Positions 23,697-35,983 of a DNA stretch of 64,000 nucleotides are shown piece after piece. Position 1 is the first letter of the stretch, and each line of letters begins with the position of its first letter. The stretch comes from Adineta vaga. Its lineage: Eukaryota; Animalia; Rotifera. The DNA is taken from the NCBI GenBank assembly GCA_021613535.1, contig CP075493.1:13020001-13084000 (forward strand), in the 5' to 3' direction. The notes under the pieces were generated by a model. The model did no database searches, was not told the origin of the DNA, and saw nothing but the letters and a program-made list of their open reading frames with translations. A program made the translations under genes and the position numbers.

Positions 23697-24620
23697 TCAA
23701 AAAATGAACAAGCTTTTGAGTAACTCTATATTCATATAGTAATACACTCCACCGATGTTGTTGTAAATTTTTGCAAGATTACGACTATTAGTATTAAGAA
23801 GTTTTTCGAGCAAGTAATTTTTCAAAGAATTGAATTGCTTCTTGATATTGCCCTTGATTTTTATTTGATTAAGTACGATTTTATAAATCTGTTCTGTCTT
23901 GTTATTTTGACCCATATCATCCAGTAAATGCATGCAATTCTTTGGCATCATCACTGGTTGGTTAATGTCAAACTAACTCCGAATAACTTCTTGTTTCCAT
24001 CGATTTCTTTGATATCATGAATACAAAATACATTATGCATGGAAAAACGGACTTCATCTTCGTCCACGAATTGATGCAAATAATGCTACTGATTTATAAG
24101 GATCAACCTTTATATCAAAGATAATCCCCAGCAAATCTGGATTGCTTATATTATTCTCGGCGTAGAAGAATGACACTTCACGATCTCTATTTGCGGATAA
24201 AAAGTTATTAAATGAAATCAATCCATCTTTCGACTTCATTATTTCATCCAAATCCGTCATTGATAAAAAATCCCATTCGTACAATAATATCTCCATCCAT
24301 TCCTTGCAGAGCACGATTGAGCATATAGAGTACAAAAAACTTTCCTTTGTTTACCACCAAAAATAGGATTTCTTCGATAATTTGTGTATATATACATAAA
24401 AGATGGATCGGATTGGTCCAGTCTTCTTTTTGATCTTACAAACTCATGGATATATCATTTTGTTTATATGAATGAGTTCTCTGTTTCAGAGCTTGACAGA
24501 TTGATATGATTTCTATGGAGATACTTTTTTGTCACTGCTCGCAAGAACAAATTCGGTACATTGATCAATATATTTATCTAGCCAGACTACAGTGATATCT
24601 TGCATCTTCTGAAGTTCAAT
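23697..24620 (-). pseudogene. Heavily deleted and frameshifted receiver-like/ART/TPR gene
   Basis: Collinear fragments: 'QDITVVWLDKYIDQ' (~24600), 'QSDPSFMY' (~24405), 'GLISFNNFLSANRDREVS..LLGIIFDIKVDP..FASI' (24054-24240), 'EVRFSMH' (~24050), TPR 'LAKIYNNIGGVYYYM' (~23760). Confidence 0.85.
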
Positions 24621-25846
24621 ACACTGATGTCTATTTGTTCCAAGCAATATGTAAAACAGGCTCTTCAGTGTTAATAGTTACATTAAAGATTATAGTCCAC
24701 TTGTATTAATATGCTTGTTTAGTTATTTATAATGAAAATATTGTGAATCTAATGTTACTATTGCAAAATTATTTTCCGTATTATTTTCAACAATAAGAAA
24801 CGCTAACAATTAGATTTATTATTCATAAATAAAGAGAAAAAAAAGACACTATTTGAATAAGAATAGATAGATTAAAAAAGAATTGTTTTTCTTATCTGTA
24901 ATAAAAGAGAAAGAATAATGATAAAAAATTTATCTCCATTCCTTTTTTTTAATGTAATTGTAAAATTTAAAAAGTTGGTACAAAAGAAACATATATTGTT
25001 ATTCATTTATTTATATTGTATACAGAATTTACAGATACCGAATAAATATAAACTTGATAAAACCTTTTTACAGAAGTAATGTTAGACCTTCGTATTCATT
25101 TAGAAGCATTCAATTACTTTTATATTAAGACAAAAGAAATTACCACATAGTTCAATTATTTGTAATCTGAATGAATACTAATCATGGTACGTTGACCTAT
25201 AACATCCGAATGCATTCCTGTAGGATTTACTTGAATCCATTTTACTTGGAGTTTCAAATTTAATCTTGTTTTATGACATATCTATCATAGATATTTACTA
25301 GACTAAACTGATGTCATCAGCTGATCGGACTTATCTATAGATAATGATTCGATCATTCCGAATTTTTTTGTACTCGATAATCTTGACGGTGAAAGCTTTC
25401 ATTTGATCGTTTATCTCAGTTCTTTTTCAATTTTATCCTCGAACACAGATAAAGTGTAAATGGTTTAAATATTTAGACAAATACACTTTATACTGTCAAG
25501 GTTAATTTTAACAAGTTAATAGATGAAGCTGGAATACGTTACTGTACCAATTTTTCCATATGTTAATCAATTTTTAATGCAAAACGTAATTTTCTTTTTT
25601 CTTTTTTTCTCTATTAAACGCTACTGCATCTCGTAGTAAAAAAGAGAAATGTAATAGCAGATGATATATTTGTTGTTAGATATGTAAAATTAGAATGCAG
25701 ATAAATTCTAGAAAAAAGAGTGAATATATATTTTTATTTCATATTACACTCGGTATCGTGTACGCTTTACTCAATAGTGATTGAAATAACTCTCAAGTAA
25801 AAATCTCTTCTTCTCACAAAGAACTTTCAGATTTCTTATTATCATC

Positions 25847-28800
25847 ATGAATACTTTCTTATTGCTTATTATCAGTAATAGCTTCGTTATTTCTAATTCA
25901 AACATATGGCGACCTTTCTATAATTTATATAACACAGATACGATGACGAACGATTTCGATCATCATTGTTTCTATTCAGTAATAACTAAGAATGTCAATG
26001 CCGATGACAAATCGTATAAAATCGAACAAAATGTTGAATACTGTATTCGAACAACTGAAAAGCAAGTAATAGATATGAATGCAAAAGCAATATCATCAAT
26101 ATTAGCTTTCGATGAATTAAAGAAGAAAAACATAACGTCTACAAATCTCATGGAATGGTCGAGTCCTATTGATGTTATTGAACATTATGAAGAATACTTG
26201 CAAATGAACAAATCTTCATCAGTCGGTGTATTCTATAATTGTACGCTACCATGGTTTGGACCAATTTGCCAATATAGATTTGTTTTAAATCAATCATTTT
26301 CATCGTTTATTCAAATGAGAATTGATCAACGTAATTTATTCGAAAAAAACACGACAGTAACCTGCTATATGCACATAGAATGTACTGTTGATTTATCTCT
26401 GATCTGTCTTGATTGGCGTGAAATATGCGACGGAAAAGTTGATTGTCTTAATGGTGGTGAAGACGAAAAATATTGTCTCGAACTTGAATTAAACCAATGT
26501 GAAGAAAACGAATATCAATGTCGAAATGGTATGTGTATTGATGAAGCATTTCTTATGGACGAACATATTAAAGTTGCTAGTCGTGAGTGCTTAGATGGAT
26601 CGGATGAAATTCAATATCATTTAGTGACTTATTGTGCAAGAAATGCATCTTTTACATGTGAAGATATCACGTGTCCATTTACAACTGACTTCAATTGTGG
26701 AGATGGAAATTGCATTCCAGTGCGTATACCACAAAGAATTTTTACGTGCACAAATAATCGAAATCAAGTGCATAGTTATCTATTTGATTGGTACAATCTT
26801 GTAGATGCACAGTTTTCTCGCTGTTTTAAAACTCTTATGTGTGCGACAGACTCATGGTTATCAAGAAATTTTGATAAATATTGTAAGAACTTGTGCAATA
26901 ACATAGAAGAATGTAAAATGCAAACTCTTCGGCAATGTCCTGCGGCATTCATTGCACCTAATTTTCCAATATGGCATGGTCATGTAAGATTTGGCTATTT
27001 TTCTAATCAAACATCCATGAAAATTAATGCGGATAAACCTCACTTTGTGTGTTATGACAAAAATCTTTGCCCACAGTTCAAATCAACGTTCACATTCGAT
27101 AATTATACATGTTTACTTATTGATAAACTGAATTTATCATCGATCGAAAACGCCCGTGAAATATTTCGGTCATGTAATTATATCTTTCAAACTGGTAATG
27201 AGACTAATTGTATCGATTCGACTATGGTACGTTGTTTAGGAACGAACAAATGTATACCTCAGCGTCGAATTATGAATGGAATTCAAGATTGTTATGATGG
27301 TTTTGATGAGTCACTTTTCGCTAAATCGTGTGCCTTAAACGATAAATATCGTTTTCAATGTACATCTGAACAGAAATGTCTTTCATCTATTCTTGTCAAT
27401 AATGACAAGGGGGAATGTATTGGAGGAGAAGACGAGTCTCAATTAAATAGTTTTATAACGAACATCCATAAACTTCCATTCTCAGCCATATGTGATCAAG
27501 AAGTTAATATGTTACCTGTAATTAATGATACTGATGAAACTCATTGTGAACTGTGGCCATGTGTAAATCAATATACACGTTGTAATGTCTTATGGGATTG
27601 TTCAAAAGGTATCGATGAGATTAACTGTTCATCACTTATTCAATGTCCTGCAAATCATCATCCTTGTATGTTACCGAAGAACCGTACGCTGGGTTGTTTA
27701 CATATGGATTATATTGACGATGGAATTATCGACTGTCTTGGATCAACAGATGAGCGATCCCATTGTCGATCACTACATTCAGAAGATCTTTTAAAATATT
27801 ATCGTTGTTGGAATGATACAAAATGTGTTCAATTTACGAGAGTTTGTAAAGATTGTCATGATTTTAACGATATGAATATACTATGCGATACATCCAATCA
27901 TACAGTTATGCATATCATTCAGTATTTTTTGAAAAAAGCAGATCGTATTACATATGCAAGAAAACCATTCTCTCATAGATCATCGCGTAGTTTTCCTTTT
28001 CTTCAATTATCTTCACTACATCTCAAGCAGATACACAACGGTATAATAAAAACTGAGAAAATATTTAGTATTCAACATATTAATGATTCAAGATTATGGT
28101 TGTGCAACAAAGGATTTGCAATTCTTGTTGGTAAACATGAAACTGAACAATGTCTTTGTCCAGAGAATTACTATGGTCATCTCTGTCAATATCAAAATCA
28201 ACGTGTTAGTCTCACCATTCGATTACGTCAAGAACATTTGGAAAAATTTAATATAATCGGTATAGTTATTCGACTCGTTGATCATACTGGTTTTGTTAAC
28301 TTCTATGAACAAATTACATACATTCCTGTGATTGATTGCAATACTAAATACAATATACATCTTCTCTATCAAAATCGCCCAAAAGATATGACGAAGAATT
28401 ATACAATTTATATTGATGTATATGATAAAGTTAATCTTCTATATCTCACAAGTTGGATATATCCAGTTAAATTACTTTTCATGCCTGTCAATCGTATGAG
28501 TGTCCAACTGATAATTCCAACAAAGCAAGATTGTCGTTTATTATGTAGTGAGAAATATTTAGAACCATTAGTCAATAGTCATATGCAATCTTGTCGATGT
28601 TCAAATCGAGCGAACTCAATTTTGACGATCGAACATAAATGTAATTGTTCGCCACGATCGATTTGTGTTGGTTTGAAAGAAAATCGATCAATATGTCTTT
28701 GTTCTTTAAACGACACAGGACCTCGATGCTATCTAAAATCAATCTGTCAAATGAATAACACATGTATGAATCAGGGTATATGTATACCATATGATTCTCG

Positions 28801-30484
28801 ACATTCTTCAACTAAATTTACATGTGTTTGTCCAGATGGTTTCTTTGGTGAATATTGTGAAAAGACAGATGTGAGAATAGACATCTCATTTTCTGATGTA
28901 GAGATTCCACAATCTGTACTAGTTTATTTCATTAATGTTGTAGAACACCATTCATTCAGCCTCGAAACAGAACCAACTCAAGTAACAATGTTCAAAAAAA
29001 TCCCATTGAAGCAAAAGACAATAACTCTATATATGTCACTATCCTTTCATCTAGTTTTCGTTCAAATTGACCATATGTATTATCTTGTTGTTCTTCAACA
29101 TAATTATACATCTTCAATTATTATTTCTACACAAATTACTCAATCACAACGATGTCCACATATTCGAGAACTCTTGGATAAAGTGATGATTGATAAACCG
29201 TTGTTATATGTTGTGAAATATTATCATACTATATGTCAAAAACATTCTGATCTTCTTTGTTTTCACGATAGTTATACATTTATGTGTCTATGCACAGAAG
29301 ATAGACAAGCCAATTGTTTTCATTTTAATTACAATACAACTTATAATTGTTCTGGTTATAATAATTGTCAAAATGATGCACGCTGTTTTCAAGATCATCC
29401 ACATTGTTCAACAAGAATCATGTGTGTATGTCAAGGATGTTTTTATGGTGATAAATGTCAATTGACTACTCAACATTTTGGTCTTTCACTTGATTCTATT
29501 TTAGGTTATCATGTATATCCTCATTTCACATTTACTCAACAATCGTTACCTGTGAAAATCAGTATAAGTTTAGCTACATTGTTAGTTATTATTGGTCTTG
29601 TCAGTGGAATTCTATCGAATCTAACATTTCAAGTAAGATCAACTCGAGAAATAGGTTGTGGTCTTTATTTATTTACATCATCCATAACATCTATCTTAAT
29701 CATTATTTTTCTGTATACAAAAGTATGGCTTCTCATTCTGTCACAGATGCAAATGATAACGTGGCGATCTATTCTTTTGTTTAATTGTATTCCAGTAGAA
29801 TTTATTCTTCGAGTATTATTGGCTACAACTGATTGGTATCATGTTTTTGTGGCAATCGACCGATTTCTTGTTGTTTTTCTCGGTGTTCATTTTGATAAAA
29901 CAAAAAGTCGAGAATTTGCTAAACGAATTATATTCATCATTCCTCTCATGACAGCTTTATCCATTCTTCATGATCCAATTCATCGTCATCTAATCGATGA
30001 TATTGAAGAACAAAGAACATGGTGTTTAGTTAAATTTACATCGACAATGGAAACCTATAATAGATTTATCAATATTTTTCATTTCATTGTTCCCTTTTCA
30101 CTTAATGTTATCTTAACAATTGGTATTATGATTTTTAATGCAAAACAACGTTCATCGGCAAAAAGACAATATACATTCGAACAACAATTAAAAAGACAAT
30201 TTTCTCGTCATAAACATCTAATTCTTAGTTCGATTATATTGGTTATTTTAGCATTACCACGTCTTATTATTTCTTTTGTATCCAATTGTATGAAATCATC
30301 AAAAGAATACAAGATATTCTTGGTCAGTTACTTCATTTCATTCGTACCACCTGTACTTCATTTTTTTATCTTTGTGTTAACATCGGAAATGTACAGGAGA
30401 GAATTCAATACAATGATTCGACGAAAATTGAAAGCATTTCGACATCATCTTATTCGAACTTTTCTATCACGTAAGCAGTATTAA
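25847..30484 (+). CDS. Intronless large GPCR: signal peptide, LDLa repeats, EGF-like repeats, rhodopsin-like 7TM (1,545 aa); paralog of 4752-9335
   Basis: Single ORF sharing blocks FYNCTLPWFGP, CLDWREIC, CLCP.xYYG..CQYQN.RVS, LSLD.ILGYHV, 'AIDRF' at TM3, CMKS and SYFISF.PP with the paralog. Confidence 0.9.
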   Translation: MNTFLLLIISNSFVISNSNIWRPFYNLYNTDTMTNDFDHHCFYSVITKNVNADDKSYKIEQNVEYCIRTTEKQVIDMNAKAISSILAFDELKKKNITSTNLMEWSSPIDVIEHYEEYLQMNKSSSVGVFYNCTLPWFGPICQYRFVLNQSFSSFIQMRIDQRNLFEKNTTVTCYMHIECTVDLSLICLDWREICDGKVDCLNGGEDEKYCLELELNQCEENEYQCRNGMCIDEAFLMDEHIKVASRECLDGSDEIQYHLVTYCARNASFTCEDITCPFTTDFNCGDGNCIPVRIPQRIFTCTNNRNQVHSYLFDWYNLVDAQFSRCFKTLMCATDSWLSRNFDKYCKNLCNNIEECKMQTLRQCPAAFIAPNFPIWHGHVRFGYFSNQTSMKINADKPHFVCYDKNLCPQFKSTFTFDNYTCLLIDKLNLSSIENAREIFRSCNYIFQTGNETNCIDSTMVRCLGTNKCIPQRRIMNGIQDCYDGFDESLFAKSCALNDKYRFQCTSEQKCLSSILVNNDKGECIGGEDESQLNSFITNIHKLPFSAICDQEVNMLPVINDTDETHCELWPCVNQYTRCNVLWDCSKGIDEINCSSLIQCPANHHPCMLPKNRTLGCLHMDYIDDGIIDCLGSTDERSHCRSLHSEDLLKYYRCWNDTKCVQFTRVCKDCHDFNDMNILCDTSNHTVMHIIQYFLKKADRITYARKPFSHRSSRSFPFLQLSSLHLKQIHNGIIKTEKIFSIQHINDSRLWLCNKGFAILVGKHETEQCLCPENYYGHLCQYQNQRVSLTIRLRQEHLEKFNIIGIVIRLVDHTGFVNFYEQITYIPVIDCNTKYNIHLLYQNRPKDMTKNYTIYIDVYDKVNLLYLTSWIYPVKLLFMPVNRMSVQLIIPTKQDCRLLCSEKYLEPLVNSHMQSCRCSNRANSILTIEHKCNCSPRSICVGLKENRSICLCSLNDTGPRCYLKSICQMNNTCMNQGICIPYDSRHSSTKFTCVCPDGFFGEYCEKTDVRIDISFSDVEIPQSVLVYFINVVEHHSFSLETEPTQVTMFKKIPLKQKTITLYMSLSFHLVFVQIDHMYYLVVLQHNYTSSIIISTQITQSQRCPHIRELLDKVMIDKPLLYVVKYYHTICQKHSDLLCFHDSYTFMCLCTEDRQANCFHFNYNTTYNCSGYNNCQNDARCFQDHPHCSTRIMCVCQGCFYGDKCQLTTQHFGLSLDSILGYHVYPHFTFTQQSLPVKISISLATLLVIIGLVSGILSNLTFQVRSTREIGCGLYLFTSSITSILIIIFLYTKVWLLILSQMQMITWRSILLFNCIPVEFILRVLLATTDWYHVFVAIDRFLVVFLGVHFDKTKSREFAKRIIFIIPLMTALSILHDPIHRHLIDDIEEQRTWCLVKFTSTMETYNRFINIFHFIVPFSLNVILTIGIMIFNAKQRSSAKRQYTFEQQLKRQFSRHKHLILSSIILVILALPRLIISFVSNCMKSSKEYKIFLVSYFISFVPPVLHFFIFVLTSEMYRREFNTMIRRKLKAFRHHLIRTFLSRKQY

Positions 30485-31009
30485 GCAATAAATCTAACTA
30501 AACTAGAACAAAATAGTCTAACAAATGTTGAAACTTACATTAATTATATTTAATATGGAATGTGAATAATGTGCTTTTTTGAATAACATTTGTACATTGC
30601 TTAACAAAGTTCGAACATAATAAAAGATTTGAGATGAATAAGAGCTTGTACAATCGTACACTAATCGAGCATTTGAATATATTACGTATTGTTTCAGTAG
30701 TAATACTAGCAAAATATACTTCATGAGTAGGACAATTATTGAGTAAAATTACGATCGAAGGACATACTCTCGAATATTCTGTAATGACTCAACAACAATA
30801 AAAAAAAAGGTTCTTTTCACTCAGAGATCAATAAGCACGTCATTGACACTTTACCTATTATGCCTATTATCTTAGTTATGAGTGATATAACACACAGGTG
30901 TAAAATATGAGTATAAATATCACGTACATATGTCTCATTTCCATTCATCAATATCACAAACAAACTCGTCGTTTCTCACTCATTCGATTATATTTCTTAA
31001 CTCAATACA

Positions 31010-31423
31010 ATGTATTCGGCACCTGTTTCTTATAATCATCACAATCACTGGGCTACTCCAGCTTATCAAACACATGCCCATGGTCCTCATTATCATAATC
31101 ATGGTTATCATACCCATACACCTGCTTACCAATCATATGCACCTGCTTATCAACCATATGCGTCTTCTTATCAACCATATGCGTCTGCTTATCAACCATA
31201 TGCGTCTGCTTATACTCCAGTTCACAATTATCATAATGTTCATCAAACAGTTGGTAATGGTAACTATGGCTATGGAGTTTATGCCCAAGATGATGTAGTT
31301 CATCGCAATCTATATTCCGGACGACAGAGTTATGAACGTGAAGTTGATTTTGTTCCAGTAGGTAATCAGTATCAACCGTACACTGGTTATCCTGCAGAAA
31401 TTCATCAACATTATGTTCGCTAA
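31010..31423 (+). CDS. His/Tyr/Pro/Gln-rich low-complexity protein (137 aa), no signal peptide
   Basis: ORF with coherent composition and heptapeptide repeats (YQPYASA). TATAAAT at 30912-30918 and AATAAA at ~31488. Confidence 0.75.
   Translation: MYSAPVSYNHHNHWATPAYQTHAHGPHYHNHGYHTHTPAYQSYAPAYQPYASSYQPYASAYQPYASAYTPVHNYHNVHQTVGNGNYGYGVYAQDDVVHRNLYSGRQSYEREVDFVPVGNQYQPYTGYPAEIHQHYVR
31121..31213 (+). repeat. Coding 21-bp tandem repeat (about 4.4 copies)
   Basis: Unit approximately gcttatcaaccatatgcgtct. Confidence 0.9.
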
Positions 31424-31826
31424 AGTCGATTATATATAAATTTTTAGTTTCTACATCTGCTTTTTGTTACCCATTTATTTTAATTATAATAAAATAGATG
31501 AAAAAAATCTATATTCGATTCTATTGACCAATTATAATAAATCATTTTTCGCAAATATGAACAGAGATGAAAAAACAACTATATGGTGTTATAAAACGGT
31601 AGAGACAAAGTAAAAGATCATGCTCTCTTAAAAGCAGATAAGTACATAACACAAATTATCACGACTTTAAGCTGCTTAGACTGTAAACATGGATATCTTC
31701 TTTTATTAATGAGATAAAAACACACTAAAAGCACAGTTATGCACTTATTGTCATTGACAATACTTTTAAATTTTATGATTTTATTTTCATCGAATGAAAA
31801 GCTATTAATCATTTATTAATACTTGA

Positions 31827-32254
31827 TTATATAAGAAGTTCATGTCGCATAGGTCTGGATCCTGATCCTGGCCATATACGAACGACTGTTCCAGGTGACA
31901 ACATTCGTATGTCTGTATTCATATAGCCTTGCACTGCAGTACTAACATCGAAAAGAACGACTTTTTCTTGACCAGCAGCTGTACGAAATGTAGCACGAGC
32001 GTAAACTCGTTGATCAGGTTTTACTAGTGCTATTTGATTCATATGAAGTCCAGGGTAATGTTGAGATAAATATTGAGTGATTTTTCTCAATGCACTTTCG
32101 GGATCTCGTTCGTTGATCATAATTGCTCTTGGACGTTTGGCTTCATCAACATAGATTTGTGGATATGTCCAATTATAAAATGTACTAGAATGAAAATAAT
32201 AGTGAGTTTGTTTTCGTAGAATAAATCACCGAAAGAAATATACTTGAAAGTCAT
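31827..32254 (-). CDS. Small orphan protein (2 exons, 122 aa)
   Basis: ATG 32254 in an 11-nt exon, GT-AG intron 32243-32185, in frame with ORF 31827-32120: MTFNTFYNWTYPQIYVDEAKRPRAIMINERDPES... Confidence 0.65.
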
Positions 32255-32994
32255 TGAAGAATACTGTTGAAGAGATCAAATGAAACTATTCTGTCGTGAT
32301 GTTCTTTCTTCTATGAGAGAAATCGTCAAATGTGAAAAATTTTCAACTGATGATCAAATTAAATACATGACTATTCGCTCGATTGGTTTTTTATATAGTA
32401 GTAGTAAACAGAAAAAAGGGAAGTAAGTAAGTGAAAAACATGATAAAATCGACAGAAATGGAAAAAAAATATGTGTAATTATTTTATAATGATGAAATAA
32501 AACATGTGGAAAACAAATTGAAAAGAAAATGTTTTTAAATTATTGTTACATTATATTTTATTTGGATAACTTTGTATTAAAATCTTTTATGAATATGAAA
32601 TTTCTTATTATACTAGGTTGCCAGCATAAAAAAGTGATCATTAATGATAAATGTTCAATACTTATATTTGAAAAAGTGACTAAATCATTCTTCTGGGGGA
32701 TAATATGTTTTCAAACTATTTCTACAAAAGTTGGATTAATTCATCCTATCTTCTTTCCTCTTCTGATGGAGTACAATCTTTATTAGAAATCAGATAAATT
32801 GAGAATGTAGATGTGGATTATATTCCAAGTAGAAAATCTCTTTGAACATTATTTACACTTATGATTATTGCTGTTGCAAAATTGATGTCTCAAGATGAAA
32901 AATGAAATGGAAACAAAACTAATATAAGAGCAAAGAATAATTCCTATGTAGAAATGTCCTATAAATTATCTGCGAGAATTTATACATGTAGTTG

Positions 32995-33780
32995 ATGACA
33001 TCGTGAGTTTAGAATCATTACCAAATCAAATCTTACTCGAACTATTCGATTATTTCAATAGTATTAATCTTCTTCTATAAAGAAAAAGTCGATTTGATAA
33101 AATATGTCAACAATATTTACCATGTCTTATTAATTGAATTCATGAATTTATTGGATTGCGATCATTTTACAATATCATATATTTTTTTATCTGAGATAAT
33201 GAGAAAACTTATTCAAGCATCACCACATTTGTTCAATCTAAATCATTTAAACATTAAATGTTTTCATGTGCAAAAGTATCGTTTTGATGATCAATTGATT
33301 TTTGATACTATTTTGAATCTATACCTAAACTTCGTTCTTATTCTTTCACTCTTTCTGTTCAAGATCTAGGCAAATGTTCTATTCCAAAAAGAATATTTTC
33401 TACTCTTCAATCAATTAAAATGTCAGAATATAAACTTCATATGCAACAGATAAATCAGTGAATGAAATACACTCCTAATTTAAAACATCTATCATTCAGA
33501 ATTAATATTTCCAGGAACATCAATGGTGATTATATTTTGCCATGTCTTTCGACTTTAATTAGTTTACGTAATACTTTCATTCATGGCTATCCATGGGGAC
33601 AAATTATTCATACTTGTCTTGCGAAACTTAATATGATGAATACAATTCTTGCAAATCAAATAATGAATTGGTTTCAAAGTTCGTTTTAGATGAAGGAACA
33701 TCATTGGTTTATTCATTGTTATATATAATAGAAACAACCATTCGTATTCTTACAAGAGAAAATGATTATCATTATCATGA
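32995..33780 (+). pseudogene. Decayed F-box gene
   Basis: 'VSLESLPNQILLELFDYFNSINLL' (F-box) at ~33003, then out-of-frame pieces 'MKYTPNLKHLS', 'WGQIIHTCL', 'FQSSF*MKEHHWF' separated by stops and frameshifts. Confidence 0.7.
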
Positions 33781-34068
33781 CAAAAAAATTGCCTCGAATA
33801 TGGATCTAACCGTTTAATTTATACCTAAGTATTTGACTGAGAAGTAAAATAAAACGAAAGAGTATAACATAAAGTGCTTGTTGTTATCAATCTGACTAAA
33901 AACAAAACGGGCTGGTTTAGACCGATTATTCCTGTGCTACACATAGATAAAAAAAAGAAGCATGGTAATGGAAAGAAAAGAAACAAACAAACAAACGAAT
34001 ACAGAGATAGAATATAATAAAATCGTCATTTGTCAGTGAGTCTATCATCATTTTAGTATCATTGAGAA

Positions 34069-34609
34069 ATGCCCTTATATGAGATTGAACATCCAACGGC
34101 ACTACTTAGTATGCAACAAAAAGAACAGATGTGTAAAGAGATCACACGTATTCATTGTACTGTAACTGGTGCCTTACCTACCTTTGTCAATGTTGTATTT
34201 CGTACGACTGATGAGAATGTAAGTTGATACGTAAATATTTTCTTTTACTTGTTCTTTTTTCCTTCGTCATCAAAAAAATAAGGTTGAATTTGTTAATAAT
34301 AAGCTTCGTCATAAAGCACGAATTTTTGGTCACATTCGAGCTGGTCGATCGGCAGCATCGAAGGAATCATTAATAAACCAGATAAATGATGCATGGATGT
34401 CAATTGTAGGCGAACGTTGTCACCTTATTGGTTTGGAGGAAGTGAATGCAGAAAATGCTGCCGAAGATGGTATCATGGTTCCTGCAGCTGGAAAGGAAAT
34501 GGAATGGTTAGCAAAAAATAAAAAGACATTTGAAGAGCGTGCTGAAAAAGGTGAAGAAACATCACAAGATCTTCTCGCTGATCTCAAGGTTATGCAAATC
34601 AAATCATAG
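34069..34609 (+). CDS. cis-CaaD-like tautomerase (tautomerase superfamily), 2 exons, 158 aa
   Basis: Exon 34069-34218 MPLYEIEH...EITRIHCTVTGALPTFVNVVF, GT-AG intron 34219-34282, exon 34283-34609 ..IFGHIRAGRS..AAEDGIMVPAAGKEMEWLAKNKKTFEERAEKG. Pro1, His28 and RxGR are present. Confidence 0.85.
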
Positions 34610-35983
34610 AATTTTATTCTCTACTAACTACCTCTTTAACAATCGATATGTTATGATAGTATTTGCTTTATGATTATGTTAGTTTATATCTACAACAAGG
34701 CTCAATTCAGTCTTTTTTCATAATAAATTTTGCGTTAACATTTCATTCACACACATCCAGGTATAGTCACATTCTCATTCCTACACTCAAGAAACAATTT
34801 AGGGATTTGATTTTTGTTCTAACTTGAAATAAAAGCTTGCAAGTGTAAAATCAAGAACAATTCAATTTTGTAGGGAGAAAACATTATATACTTAGCAGCA
34901 TATTAAATGGTATGAGAATTCATTCTCATTCTATCAGTTTTCAATCGACAAAATTCAAAAGTGAGAAGAAAACGAAAGATATTCGCTTTACGTTTCAGAG
35001 AAATCTGATAGTTCATGAGAGAATGTCAGTAAGTTAAAAACACGCAGTTTTTTATCGTTCACGAATAGAATTTCTCTAATTTTCGGTCGAATATTTTTTA
35101 TTACTTTGTGTTAAAATTCGTGTTATTTACTCATGTTTCTGTCCTACAGATTGTGAATTACATAAATGTCGCTCAATCAAAATTCTCAGTCTTATGATCA
35201 AATGTTCCAGGCCAGTACGTCACAAAGAGGAGATGCAGCACATATTCGACAAATCGATATGACAACAGTGGCAAAACGATGCTTGCAAAGGGAGAACGAC
35301 CATTTGTTAATTCGATAATTCATGATAAATCAAGTGAACATGATCCAAGATTCGATCCAGGATTAGAAACACTGAAAAGTAAATCTGGTTGTTAATGAAC
35401 GTGCTATTTTTTTATCAAATGATTCTCCTTTTCTATAATCAAAACGATTATTTTTTTTTCTTTACCTCATATTCAAGGTTGTGGATGAGAGTGTGTGATA
35501 AAAAAAGTCACATAAAATAGTGATCAATTTCATATATCCAGAAAAATAAATATTAATTCAATTACATAATATTTGTAACGGTCATTTACCGATGTAACCT
35601 GCCTTTAAGATACTAACAATCGCACACCATCTTGAACCTCGACAAAACGGTAGACATCACACTAGTATGGACATATATTGGAGAATGATCGAACGTTTTA
35701 ATCTTATGGAATTAAAGATGACATGACACTTGGTGTACAACTTACCAATAGCGCAGTACCTTTCTACGATTAGGCTTATGGGCACAACATTTTATAATAT
35801 AACTCAACGAAACAAGAGTGCTTGTAAGGACTGATGGAACAATCGCCATAACTTACTCTTCATTGTGCCGTTTGTAGCAAAGTTTCATATTAATCAACAC
35901 GGTTTTGCATTAGACGACGACTTAATATACTGAAGAGCGATAAGCATGAAAATTACGTGCACGATGACAGTAATTGAATTTAA

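Noticed and set aside
25170-25260. Minus-strand 'KWIQVNPTG...FGCYRSTY' reminiscent of an M1 aminopeptidase segment
   Set aside because: Needs a frameshift and is too short to distinguish from chance.
30930-31298. Overlapping ORF with LLINHMR repeats
   Set aside because: Alternate-frame shadow of the 21-bp coding repeat.
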